NCBI GenBank assembly: GCA_042584585.1
Contig: JBHOSQ010000010.1
Coordinates: 1 to 39,456 of the forward strand
From: an archaeon
Lineage (GTDB): Archaea > B1Sed10-29 > WALL01
Length of the DNA stretch: 39,456 bases
Direction: 5' to 3'
The notes beneath the pieces are model-generated. The model worked only from the letters and a program-made list of their open reading frames with translations, was not told the origin of the DNA and did not search any database. The position numbers were made by a program, and so were the translations under genes. This document shows, piece after piece, positions 17,132-26,596 of the stretch (position 1 is the stretch's first letter; each line of letters opens with the position of its first letter).

Positions 17132-18136
17132 TCAGTAAGCAGCTTTGACAAGGTCCGCTTTCTTAGCGAGCCTCTTCCTGCACGGCTCCAGAATCTCGGC
17201 AATCGCTTTCCCCATCGCGTTCTTCAGGTCCATGGGGTGCAATCCATCGACAAACGCCTTCTCCAGCTCGGCATAACTCTTGAACGTGGCATTCCCGCCG
17301 AACTTTTCCGGCCGCTCGACGACCAGCTCGCCCCTCACAGGGAAGACCAGGTGCTCTGCGAGCGAGAGCACGCCGTTGCCCTCTACTTTACCGGCCTCAC
17401 AAAACGCGTTGTTCATCTTCTTCACAATTGAATCCGCGCTCTCGTGCAGTCCAATCTTTCCCTTGTCCTCGGACGCACTCATTTTGCCGCCCATCTTCCC
17501 GCCGTGCAGTGCCGGAAGCAGCGGAGTGAAAACACAAACTGGCTTTTCCTTGAGCAGTTCCCGCCCGAGCATGTAAATGCCCCTTTGGTCAACTCCGGAA
17601 TAGCAAACGTCAACCCCAAGCGCCCTGAAGTCTTCGTTTTGCATCAATGGGTAGATGAATCCGCTGAGTTTCGGCTCGTCGCCGAACCTTACGACCTCGG
17701 ACGCAGCCCTTTTCGTCCTGGCGAGCGTGACTTCGCCGGCCATTTTGAGGACGTTCTTGAAGTAGTCGCCGTTCAGCTCCAGCTTTGACCCGCGCACGAA
17801 CTCCATGTTCGCTGGGTCTGCGCCTAGCGATTCGAGCGCGCCGCTGACGGCTTCTTCGTAGTATTGGCTCCGGGCGTCAAGCTTTTCCCAGCCAGTTTTT
17901 TTGTCGTCCAAATAAGCGTGCAAGTCGGCGACAAGGAATTTTACTTTAAAACCAGCGTTCAAAAAGTCGGCCGTCTTCAATAGCGGCACAAGGTGCCCGA
18001 CGTGCAGCATCCCCGTGGGGGCGTACCCGATGTACGCCGAGGGCTGCTTTTTTTCACAGACTTTTTTCAGCTCGTCTTCTGTGATTATTTCTTCAGTGTT
18101 TCTCGTGACAAGTGCGTACCGCTCTTCAGGCGTCAT
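17132..18136 (-). CDS. tyrS: Tyrosine--tRNA ligase (archaeal type)
   Basis: AYIGYAPTG, HIGH-like HVGH, ADLHAYLD, IYPLMQ, GVDQR, KMSAS and LHPMDLK. Confidence 0.96.
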   Translation of the reverse strand: MTPEERYALVTRNTEEIITEDELKKVCEKKQPSAYIGYAPTGMLHVGHLVPLLKTADFLNAGFKVKFLVADLHAYLDDKKTGWEKLDARSQYYEEAVSGALESLGADPANMEFVRGSKLELNGDYFKNVLKMAGEVTLARTKRAASEVVRFGDEPKLSGFIYPLMQNEDFRALGVDVCYSGVDQRGIYMLGRELLKEKPVCVFTPLLPALHGGKMGGKMSASEDKGKIGLHESADSIVKKMNNAFCEAGKVEGNGVLSLAEHLVFPVRGELVVERPEKFGGNATFKSYAELEKAFVDGLHPMDLKNAMGKAIAEILEPCRKRLAKKADLVKAAY

Positions 18137-18396
18137 TTTGTTTCTTCCTTCAGCCGCTCTAGCTCCGAAATAATCTCCATCAGTTCGGATCTTGAGTGCA
18201 TGGGCATATTGATGTCATTCAGGCACTCATCCAATAAATAAGTGGCGCTGGTAAGGTTGACTTCGTTGCCTTCTTTGGAAACCGCTTCTTTAGCGTCCGA
18301 AACGCTTTTTCTGATGTTTCTGGGCACGCCGTTGTCGTTGATGACGTTGTCCATTAGATAGACCACGCCGTCCAAATCTTGTTTACTGATAACCAT
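18133..18396 (-). CDS. UPF0147 family protein
   Basis: D-x-x-VPRNIR and LDE...D-x-NMPMHSR motifs. Confidence 0.88.
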   Translation of the reverse strand: MVISKQDLDGVVYLMDNVINDNGVPRNIRKSVSDAKEAVSKEGNEVNLTSATYLLDECLNDINMPMHSRSELMEIISELERLKEETK

Positions 18397-18444
18397 TGCT
18401 AATCCCTCCAGAAACAGCGAGTTAGATTATTTGTGGGTCTCTTT

Positions 18445-19407
18445 TTAAGCCTTAGCCCCGAACCACTCAACGATGCGCTTCTTCAGCTCCTTGATGGCCT
18501 TCTCGTCCCCAACGCTCACAGACAGGCTTTTTGCCTTTGGCTTGCTGTCAACGTCGGCCCGCGGCAAGTCAGCCTTGCTGTACACAACCATCACGTCCGC
18601 GCCAAGCTCTTCCTTGACTTTTTCCATAAGTTCTTCCTGCTGTGCAATTTTGTACCCGCATGTCTCGCTGGGGTCAATCACAAAGATGATTTTCTTGCTC
18701 AGGTGCTTGAGCGCGGTGACGGCCTGCTTTTCAATCTCGTTCCTCGCCGGCCTGTCCAGAATCCCCGGAGTGTCCACCAGCTGGAACCGCCTGTACCCCT
18801 CCTTCATGTACCCCACCAAAATGCTTTTCGTGGTAAACGGGTACGGCTGAACATCCACCCTGGAGTCGCTCAGCTCGTTAAGCAGCGAGCTTTTCCCGAC
18901 ATTGGGGTACCCGGCAATCAGCACGGTCTTCATCTTCCGCACGCTCGGCATCCTCTTCAGCGCCCTGCTGGCCTTCTTGATTATTTTTATGTCGCCATCG
19001 ACCCCGTCCAGAATGTCCTCGGACCGCTTCTCGAACTGCTTGCGCATCCGCGTGACTTCCTTGAGGTCGGCTTTGCCCCGCATTTTCCTGCGGTAGTCCT
19101 TGCCGAGCTGCAGGATTTTTTTGCCTGCCCAGCCGAGGCTGTGCAGCGCCCTCTTCACCTCGTCGAGGTTCACCATCGACACGGCCAGTTCCTTTTGGAA
19201 TGGCGGGAGCTCGTCAAAATTAACTGTCTTCTTCACCACGGCGTCCGTCTTTCCGAACACGGACTCACTTAGGTACTCGACCTTCGCCAGTTCCCGCACC
19301 TTTATGGCGACTTTCTTTTCCCTCGCCTGGATTTGGCTCGCGCGCTTGTGCGCCTCGTCCATCGAGGCGTGGAATATCCGGCCTGGCACAGGGTGTATTA
19401 GGGCCAT
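18445..19407 (-). CDS. NOG1-family (Obg-like) GTP-binding protein
   Basis: Helical N-domain, G1 GYPNVGKS, YPFTTK, G3 DTPG, DPSETCGY and G4 SKAD. Confidence 0.93.
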   Translation of the reverse strand: MALIHPVPGRIFHASMDEAHKRASQIQAREKKVAIKVRELAKVEYLSESVFGKTDAVVKKTVNFDELPPFQKELAVSMVNLDEVKRALHSLGWAGKKILQLGKDYRRKMRGKADLKEVTRMRKQFEKRSEDILDGVDGDIKIIKKASRALKRMPSVRKMKTVLIAGYPNVGKSSLLNELSDSRVDVQPYPFTTKSILVGYMKEGYRRFQLVDTPGILDRPARNEIEKQAVTALKHLSKKIIFVIDPSETCGYKIAQQEELMEKVKEELGADVMVVYSKADLPRADVDSKPKAKSLSVSVGDEKAIKELKKRIVEWFGAKA

Positions 19408-19460
19408 GCGTGGTTTGTGCCAACAAATCTATATATATCTACTACTGTATAATTCAACCA

Positions 19461-20054
19461 ATGAAGCGCCTAGTGCTCCTTCTACTGCTTGGCTCCCTTG
19501 CGATGGCCCAGTGCGCGGAATTGGTGCCCGAAGTAGAAAAGGGCCTTGAGGCCTACGTGGGCCTGGACCGCGTGGACTGTGCCTCCCAGAACACTGGAAA
19601 CATTTACTACAGCCTCGCCCAGCTCGCCGAGGGGTACTCCCAGGTCGCGCAGTGCTACAAGGAGCAGGACGACTCCGACCGCGAGATTGCCTTCAGCCTT
19701 CTGGCCGGGCGAAAGTACAAGCTCGCAGCCGACGCATTGTGCGAGACAGACTATTCCCTGAAGCTGCAGCTCTACATCTCTTCGGGCGATGCCTACGCCG
19801 ACGCCTACGAGCCGTGGATGGCGAGGGACGTCTACGAGGACGGCACCGCGCTTTACCGAATGCATTCCACGGTCATCGACGCCTCGATCCACGCCGAGCT
19901 CCAGCGCAAGCTGCTCGAGCTAGACTACACCGTGCCCGAAAAGATCCAGGACGTCGAGACAAGCGACGAGGCGGACTGGACGCCGTACGCGTTCGTTGTC
20001 CTGGTCCTAGTCTTCATCGCGCTCGTCATAATCACAATCCTACGGAAGAGGTGA
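19461..20054 (+). CDS. Hypothetical secreted helical-repeat protein with C-terminal membrane anchor
   Basis: Signal peptide MKRLVLLLLLGSLAMA, A/Y-rich TPR-like helices with 4 Cys, and C-terminal TM followed by RKR. Confidence 0.75.
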   Translation: MKRLVLLLLLGSLAMAQCAELVPEVEKGLEAYVGLDRVDCASQNTGNIYYSLAQLAEGYSQVAQCYKEQDDSDREIAFSLLAGRKYKLAADALCETDYSLKLQLYISSGDAYADAYEPWMARDVYEDGTALYRMHSTVIDASIHAELQRKLLELDYTVPEKIQDVETSDEADWTPYAFVVLVLVFIALVIITILRKR

Positions 20055-20064
20055 GCATTTACTG

Positions 20065-20898
20065 ATGTGGTTCGAGCTAGCGCTTTTTTCAATGCTTGCG
20101 TACGGAGTCCTCGACTTTTTGTTCAAGGCAGCGGAAGAAAAAAACGTTGACTTCTCGAACCTGTTCCTTTACTACTACTGGACCGCGTCGCTCGCGGCTT
20201 TCGCACTCTTCGCGCTGTCCCCGCAAGGCATTCCCGACTTCACGTTCCTCGCTTTTTTCGCCCTCGCCCAGGTCAGCCTTTACCTCGTGGCGAACGTCCT
20301 GAAGCTTGAGTCCCTGAACTACATAAAATCCGTGCTGGCCTATCCATTGTTCGCGCTGCACGGCGTGGCCGCCGCCATACTCGCGTTTGTTTTCCTCGGC
20401 GAATCGCTTAGCACGCCTCAGTACATAGGGATTGCCTTGAGCGTTGTTGCCATACTCCTCTTAATCGAGAACCAGCGCAAGCTCACCTTGTCCAAGGGCG
20501 CGCTCCTCGCGCTTGCCTCGGCAATCTGCATCGCCGCGTCGGAAACCATCGTCGCCGCCATAATCGACTACATTGTCATCCTGCCGTTCATCGCGCTGTC
20601 GTACTTCTTCGCCATCGGCCCGTCCGTGGTCCTCGAGAAGCATTTGCACAAGCGCGGCAAGGCAGGGAAGGGCGCCATGAGGCTCGGCGTGGCAATGGGC
20701 CTGACGAACATCGCCGCGTTTTATTCCTTGTTGCTCGCCCTCACCACCGGCCCGGCGTCAATCATCTTTCCCATCATCGCGCTTTCGCTGCTGGTTTCCG
20801 TCGCGCTGTCAATGGCTATCTACCGCGAGAAGGTAAGCCGCACCAAGCTGCTGGCAATCGCGCTGGCATTAATCGCAATCATGGTGATGCATTTATGA
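20065..20898 (+). CDS. EamA/DMT family transporter
   Basis: About 10 TM helices in two repeats, with LAFVFLGE and GPASIIFPI...YREK. Confidence 0.9.
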   Translation: MWFELALFSMLAYGVLDFLFKAAEEKNVDFSNLFLYYYWTASLAAFALFALSPQGIPDFTFLAFFALAQVSLYLVANVLKLESLNYIKSVLAYPLFALHGVAAAILAFVFLGESLSTPQYIGIALSVVAILLLIENQRKLTLSKGALLALASAICIAASETIVAAIIDYIVILPFIALSYFFAIGPSVVLEKHLHKRGKAGKGAMRLGVAMGLTNIAAFYSLLLALTTGPASIIFPIIALSLLVSVALSMAIYREKVSRTKLLAIALALIAIMVMHL

Positions 20899-21365
20899 AA
20901 TTCATTGCAGGCAACGCAACAGTAATCGGTGACGTTGAGCTAGGCGACGGAGTCGCGGTCCTTTACGGCGCGGTAATTCGTGGCGACACTTCTTCCATCC
21001 GCATCGGGAACAACAGCAATGTCCAGGACAACTGTGTCATCCATTCCTCGCCGAAGGAGGGCTGTACAATCGGGGAAAACGTCACAATCGCCCACGGCGC
21101 AATCGTCCACTCCTCTGTTGTTGGGAACCGTGTTGTCATCGGCATGAACGCAACCGTCCTCCACAGCTGCACAATCGGCGAGGACTGCATCATCACCGCC
21201 GGCGCCGTGCTCCGCCCGAACACCCAAGTTCCTTCGGGCACCATGTGGGGCGGGGTCCCGGCTAAGCAAATCCGCGAACTGACGGACGAAGACAAAAAAA
21301 GCATCTTATACTACTCAAAAGAGTATGAGGGGTTGGTGAAAAATGAAGGGAAAGAACGTTGTTAA
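20895..21365 (+). CDS. Gamma-carbonic anhydrase family (hexapeptide repeat) protein
   Basis: VIGDV, GAVIRGD, NVQDNCVIH, TIAHGAIVH (three Zn-ligand His) and GVPAKQIR. Confidence 0.92.
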   Translation: MKFIAGNATVIGDVELGDGVAVLYGAVIRGDTSSIRIGNNSNVQDNCVIHSSPKEGCTIGENVTIAHGAIVHSSVVGNRVVIGMNATVLHSCTIGEDCIITAGAVLRPNTQVPSGTMWGGVPAKQIRELTDEDKKSILYYSKEYEGLVKNEGKERC

Positions 21366-21450
21366 GAAAAAAGACCAGGGCCAGGGCTCGCATCCGAAGG
21401 GAAAACATGAGTGGGTTGACCCAAAAAACAAAAAACAGGAAAAGCGCTAG
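21343..21450 (+). CDS. Putative 35-aa lysine-rich small protein (below the ORF-track cutoff)
   Basis: MKGKNVVKKKDQGQGSHPKGKHEWVDPKNKKQEKR*. GGTGA at 21335-21339. Fills the gap exactly, and its TAG overlaps the trmI stop in CTAG. Confidence 0.5.
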   Translation: MKGKNVVKKKDQGQGSHPKGKHEWVDPKNKKQEKR

Positions 21451-22157
21451 CTGAACTTCCTCGCCACTATCACAAATCCCGGGAAGCCGAACAAGCCCTT
21501 TACCCGCGCGTATTTCTTTACCTCAAGTTCCTTGAGGTCCAGCTGTATGATTCGCGTTTCGATGAAGCCAATTTCCTCGAGCTTCTGCGCAATGGGCTTC
21601 AGGTCGTCGATGATTGGCGTGAATATTGCCATGAACCTTCCCTGCTTGAGGTGCGGCGCGGCCTTTTCAATCCCTTTCACCGGGTCCCGCATGTCCAAGA
21701 ACACGGCGTCGTAGTCCCCAAGCTTCGCCTCGAGCAAGTCCTTGTTGGCATTTTTGATGTTCTTGATTCCCGCCTTCTCGAAATTCCCGGCGGCAATAGT
21801 GTAAAACCTCTCTTCTTTCTCGAAAGTCTCGACTTTCTTCGCGATGTTCGCGAGAACCATGGTCATGCACCCACTGCCGGTCCCGGCCTCGAGCACCACC
21901 GATTCCCCGTCAATCCCAAGCAATGCGGCAATCAGCCCGGCGTCGTACTCATAAATCGGCCTCGCGCCCTTCTTCATGTTTTGTATACGGTCCCGGATGG
22001 TTGGCTCCACCACGAGGTATTCAACCCCCTTCGTGGTCTTGGCCAATCCCCCCTTCTTCACATCAGCAGCCGAGAGTATTCCGTCCTTGGTGTGGACGTC
22101 ACCGCCGTCCCAGGCCTTCATGAAGCCCCCCTGCTTGTGCAAAAACATTAAATCCAT
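21447..22157 (-). CDS. trmI: tRNA (adenine-N1)-methyltransferase TrmI/GCD14 family
   Basis: HTKDG, RPIYEYDAGLI, SAM motif VLEAGTGSG and DAVFLDM. The start is placed at ATG 22157 after GGTGA; the longer ORF-track start overlaps secF. Confidence 0.88.
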   Translation of the reverse strand: MDLMFLHKQGGFMKAWDGGDVHTKDGILSAADVKKGGLAKTTKGVEYLVVEPTIRDRIQNMKKGARPIYEYDAGLIAALLGIDGESVVLEAGTGSGCMTMVLANIAKKVETFEKEERFYTIAAGNFEKAGIKNIKNANKDLLEAKLGDYDAVFLDMRDPVKGIEKAAPHLKQGRFMAIFTPIIDDLKPIAQKLEEIGFIETRIIQLDLKELEVKKYARVKGLFGFPGFVIVARKFS

Positions 22158-22230
22158 GGTTTCACCATTAGCTATATAAACAATATCATTTCCTATAAAC
22201 GGGCGAGGCTTTAAATCTATTTGTGGTAGT

Positions 22231-23223
22231 ATGCGTCTTCCAAACATTTACGCAACGCCTTATTACAAACTGTATATAGTCATTTCAATAGCCATCGCCA
22301 TAGCCGCGTTCATGGTATTGCCCGGTTTGAAGTATGGAATCGACCTGAACGGCGGCACACAGCTCATGGTCACGGTCACCCAAGACGTTTCCGAGGCGGA
22401 CATCACCGCTCAACTGGCGAAATATGCCTTGGACGACCTTTCAGTCCGCTTTTCCGAGAACCCTTTGACCGGCAAAAAAGGCATAATCGTGGAGTTCGCT
22501 GGCACACCCGATTTAATCGAGGCGGACGCCATTGTTGATACAGACCCCCAGCTTGCCCTTGCCTTAGCCACGCCGTTCGTCAAGAGCGAGATTCCAGAGT
22601 CGGCGACCCCCCGTGAAGTAGTCGAGCTCGCGAAGGCAGACTTCACGAGGGAAGTGCAGGACGACTTGGCAGAGTTCCTTGGCGTGCCCCAGGACAACAT
22701 CGGCTCGGTCGAAATCGGCGCGTCGCTGGGCAAGGCCTTCTGGGAGACATCACAGCGTGCCCTCCTAGTCGCGTTTTTCCTCATCGCGGCAATCGTGTTC
22801 ATCCTTTTCCGGGAAATCGTCCCCTCAATCGCGGTCATCCAGGCAGCTGTGTTCGACGTGTTTATCGCGTTGGGCTGCATGGCGTTCTTCGGAATCCCGC
22901 TGACTCTCCCGACAATCGCCGCGCTGTTGATGATGCTGGGCCACTCAGTGGACACTGATATCCTTATCACGGACAGAATCCTGAAGCGCAAGCAAGGCAC
23001 CCCAGCCGAGCGCGCTTTCGGCGCCATGAAGACCGGGGTGACCATGACCGGAACCCTCCTCATCGTCCTCGTGGTGCTTGTGGTGTTCTCGCACTTCAAC
23101 CAGATGACGACGCTTTTCCAAATTGCGGCAGTGCTCATGTTCGGTATGCTTGCCGACCTCCCGAGCACTTACTTCACTAACTCAGTAATGGTACAGTGGT
23201 GGGCAGAACGAAAGAACAAATGA
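22231..23223 (+). CDS. secF: Protein translocase subunit SecF
   Basis: GIDLNGGT, IGASLG, IAALLMMLGHSVDTDILIT and 6 TM helices. Confidence 0.93.
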   Translation: MRLPNIYATPYYKLYIVISIAIAIAAFMVLPGLKYGIDLNGGTQLMVTVTQDVSEADITAQLAKYALDDLSVRFSENPLTGKKGIIVEFAGTPDLIEADAIVDTDPQLALALATPFVKSEIPESATPREVVELAKADFTREVQDDLAEFLGVPQDNIGSVEIGASLGKAFWETSQRALLVAFFLIAAIVFILFREIVPSIAVIQAAVFDVFIALGCMAFFGIPLTLPTIAALLMMLGHSVDTDILITDRILKRKQGTPAERAFGAMKTGVTMTGTLLIVLVVLVVFSHFNQMTTLFQIAAVLMFGMLADLPSTYFTNSVMVQWWAERKNK

Positions 23224-24710
23224 CCGAACTGTGGAAGGACTGGAGAGTCAAGGTTTACATAGCCGTGCTTGTCCTGAGCTTCATCCCCCTCCTATTCTTC
23301 GGCCTTGAGTTCGGCATGGACTTCCGGGGCGGGACAATAATCCAGCTCCAGCTCGAGGAGCAGGTGGACACGCTGACCATGGGCACCATGGTGACAGTAT
23401 TGTCCGAGCGCCTCAACGGGTTCGGCCTGAAGGACATCAGCGTCAGGCCGTTCGGCAACGAGTACATAACAGTCGAGGTGTCCGCGAGCGATTCATCTAC
23501 AGTGGAACAGCTGAAAAACTTGCTGTCCCAGCAGGGCAGCTTCGAGGCAGTCATCGACGGCGGAATCGTGCTGTATTCCGAGGACATTACCAGCGTCGTC
23601 ACCAACCCCCAGAAGGGCTATGGCTACATTTCGTCCACCCAGAAGTGGCAGGTCCCGTTCGAGCTATCCAAGGAAGGCAGCGACACATTCGCGGCGGCCG
23701 CGGAGGGCAAGTGCGCGGAGGAAGAGTGCGAGCGCATTTTCATGTTCATCGACCGGCCGGAAGACGCGGCCATCGTCGTCCCCCAAGCCCTTTACGACGA
23801 AGAGTCGGAGATGCGGATTGACCCCGCGAGCCCGGGCTCGTACCCCATCGGCATCGAAGAGTTCCAGCACAACTCGCTCACCACAATTGTTGTGGCGGAC
23901 GAGCTGAGCCAGGCCCTTTTGGAAGACTTGGCCAACTACTCAACAATCATTGTCCCGGTCGGCACCTACGATTTGCCGGACAGCCGATTTGTCGAGAAGG
24001 GCAACGCGTCCGAGTACTGGCTGTGGGGCGCGACGAACCTGAAGAGCGTGCTCTTCCTCACTCCCGGAGTGACTTCTGGCGAGCCAATCCGCGAGGCAAT
24101 GATTACCGGCGGGGCCCAAAACATCGAGGAAGCGCTGATGGACATGACCGAGATGGTTGTTGTCCTCCGGAGCGGCCGGCTGCCAGTAAGCCTGTCCATC
24201 GCAAGCACGAGCTCCGTTTCCCCGACGCTCGGCTCGAACTTTTTGTCCGACGCAATCATGATGGGCCTCCTGGCTTGGCTCGCAGTCGGCTTGCTAATCT
24301 TCATCCGCTACCGCAGGCCCAGGATAACCGCGCTCATGATGGCGGGCAACGCGTCGGAAATCCTGATCATCCTGGGGTTCACCGCGCTTATCAACCACCA
24401 ATTGGACATGGCGTCCATCGCCGGCATAATCGCGGCGGTCGGCACAGGCGTCGACTCGTTCATAATCATTACCGACGAAATAACCCGCGGGGAAACGGCG
24501 GAACAGGGGGAGAGCGTGGTAGCGAGAATCAAGCGCGCCTTCCGCATCATCGTGGCGTCTGCAATGACGACCGGTGCCGCAATGATCCCGCTGATGACCT
24601 TGGGGCTTGGCCTGCTGAAGGGCTTCGCCATCACGACCCTGATTGGCATAATAATCGGCGTGCTTGTGGTGCGGCCGGCGTTCGGCAAGGCGATTGAAAA
24701 ATTCATGTGA
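23220..24710 (+). CDS. secD: Protein translocase subunit SecD
   Basis: GMDFRGGT, RLNGFGL, LRSGRLPV, VSPTLG, GTGVD and LKGFAITT. ATGA overlap with secF. Confidence 0.94.
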   Translation: MTELWKDWRVKVYIAVLVLSFIPLLFFGLEFGMDFRGGTIIQLQLEEQVDTLTMGTMVTVLSERLNGFGLKDISVRPFGNEYITVEVSASDSSTVEQLKNLLSQQGSFEAVIDGGIVLYSEDITSVVTNPQKGYGYISSTQKWQVPFELSKEGSDTFAAAAEGKCAEEECERIFMFIDRPEDAAIVVPQALYDEESEMRIDPASPGSYPIGIEEFQHNSLTTIVVADELSQALLEDLANYSTIIVPVGTYDLPDSRFVEKGNASEYWLWGATNLKSVLFLTPGVTSGEPIREAMITGGAQNIEEALMDMTEMVVVLRSGRLPVSLSIASTSSVSPTLGSNFLSDAIMMGLLAWLAVGLLIFIRYRRPRITALMMAGNASEILIILGFTALINHQLDMASIAGIIAAVGTGVDSFIIITDEITRGETAEQGESVVARIKRAFRIIVASAMTTGAAMIPLMTLGLGLLKGFAITTLIGIIIGVLVVRPAFGKAIEKFM

Positions 24711-24720
24711 GGCAATTGGC

Positions 24721-26592
24721 ATGCAAAAAATTGTTGCTGTAATTCTGCTTGTGTTATTGGTTGGCTGCGTTTCTCCGCAGGTGGCCAATGGCGAAAACAA
24801 TAGCGTGGAGGTTGTCGAAGACACGGTGCTCAACGCCCCCGGCATAACTCCGTCTGGCTACGCCAAGGACGGCAGCGTCACCATCGTGGCGTCCTTTGAC
24901 GAGCCGGTTGTACTCACCGCATTCACAATCGACGACGCGACCCAAAACGTCACGCGCGTCAATGACAAGAAATACGAAGTAGCCAAGTCGCTGGACGACG
25001 GCACTTACACAATCGTCGTTTCCGCGGAGGACGCGGCCGGCAACACCGCCACCCAAACCGTTGACTTGACCATCGACTCGGATGCGCCGACCGTCTCGGT
25101 TGACCCGGAGAACAACGAGCAGACGAGCAAATCCGACGTGAACATATCGTTTTCCTTCAGCGAAGAAGTCACGATTGTCGAGGCAAAAATCAATTCGAAC
25201 GCGCTTTCCCTGGCGTCATCCGACAACAAGGAATTCACTGTCTCCAAGAACCTGAACGACGGCGAGCACTCGCTTTACGTGAAGGCCAAGGACAAGGCCG
25301 GCAACGAAGTCGTTTCCGACACGAAGTTCACTGTCTCGGTGGCAGAGCCCGACAGCACCGCTCCAGGGCAGGTGCAGGGCGTCACAGCCACGGACACCGG
25401 CCTGGGCGGCGAGGTCAAGCTCACTTGGACTGCCAGCACCGCCGGCGACTTCAAGCAGTACCACGTCTACAAGTCTGTTGACGACATCACGAGCGTGGTC
25501 GGCAAGACCCCCGCCTATACAATCAAGGCGAAGTCCACCACGGAATGGACAATCAGCGGGCTCACGAACGACGTGCGGCTCTGCTTTGCGGTGACCGCGG
25601 TCGACAACGCGAACAACGAGGACTATGACGTGCTCGCGTCGTGCATCAAGCCCACGGAGAGCGACAAGACTCCACCCTCAATAAACGACTATTACCCCGC
25701 CGACACGGTCACCAACACCACCATGCCGGTCATCACGGTAATCACCAACGAGGCCGCGGGCTGCAAGTACTCGATTTCGAACGAGTCCGACAAGACCTGG
25801 GCCTATTCCAACCTTACTTACTCCTTCAGCAGGGACACGCCCAAGACGACGCACACCAAGACGCACCCAGCTTCTCTCGGCAACGACCGCTGGTACGTCT
25901 ACGTAATTTGCGAGGACCTCGAGGACAACATGATGGCCGAGGCCTACGACTGGAACTTTGACGTCGACTACACCGCGCCCCCGAACAACGCCCCGTCCGT
26001 CAGCGGTGTGGCAATCGACCCAGTCCCAGCATACAACTCTTCGACCCTGACGTGCGACGGGACGTTCGCAGATGAAGACAGCGATTCGGAATCCGGAAGT
26101 GCTTTCCGGTGGTGGAATGGCGGCGTCATGATTTCCGGGGAGACCTCGTCAACACTTGCGAGCTCGTTCTTCGTGAAGAGCGACTCCATGAAGTGCGAGT
26201 ACAAGCCAAGCGACGGGATTGAGTTCGGGACTCCTGTGAACTCGAGCGCGCTGTCCATCAGCAACTCTGCGCCGGCGCTGTCGAGCGATAACGTGAACGC
26301 GTCGACCGGCAACTCCAGTGATGGCACGAACGTGTTCAAGTATACCATTGTCTACACCGACTCGGACAACGACGCGCCCAGCTATGTCAAAGTTAACATA
26401 ACTTCCGAGGGCGGCTCGAATGAGTACTCGCTTGCCGAGGAAGACGCGGGCGACACCGACCACACGGACGGGAAGACGTACTACTCAGAGCGCACTCTTG
26501 CGGCGGGCAACTACACCTACTGGTTCCGCACGTCCGACGGCACGGACACCGACTCCACTACGGAGACTGGTGACCCGACGGTTGTTTCGTGA
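24721..26592 (+). CDS. Cell-surface lipoprotein with tandem Ig-like and fibronectin type III domains
   Basis: Lipobox-like LLVGC; two Big-type repeats (DGTYTIVVSAEDAAGN, DGEHSLYVKAKDKAGN); an FnIII domain (VKLTW...YHVY...GLTND...AVD); three further beta-rich domains. Confidence 0.85.
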   Translation: MQKIVAVILLVLLVGCVSPQVANGENNSVEVVEDTVLNAPGITPSGYAKDGSVTIVASFDEPVVLTAFTIDDATQNVTRVNDKKYEVAKSLDDGTYTIVVSAEDAAGNTATQTVDLTIDSDAPTVSVDPENNEQTSKSDVNISFSFSEEVTIVEAKINSNALSLASSDNKEFTVSKNLNDGEHSLYVKAKDKAGNEVVSDTKFTVSVAEPDSTAPGQVQGVTATDTGLGGEVKLTWTASTAGDFKQYHVYKSVDDITSVVGKTPAYTIKAKSTTEWTISGLTNDVRLCFAVTAVDNANNEDYDVLASCIKPTESDKTPPSINDYYPADTVTNTTMPVITVITNEAAGCKYSISNESDKTWAYSNLTYSFSRDTPKTTHTKTHPASLGNDRWYVYVICEDLEDNMMAEAYDWNFDVDYTAPPNNAPSVSGVAIDPVPAYNSSTLTCDGTFADEDSDSESGSAFRWWNGGVMISGETSSTLASSFFVKSDSMKCEYKPSDGIEFGTPVNSSALSISNSAPALSSDNVNASTGNSSDGTNVFKYTIVYTDSDNDAPSYVKVNITSEGGSNEYSLAEEDAGDTDHTDGKTYYSERTLAAGNYTYWFRTSDGTDTDSTTETGDPTVVS

Positions 26593-26596
26593 TTGC

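Noticed and set aside
22231-24710. secF placed before secD
   Set aside because: This is reversed relative to E. coli but is a known arrangement in archaea.
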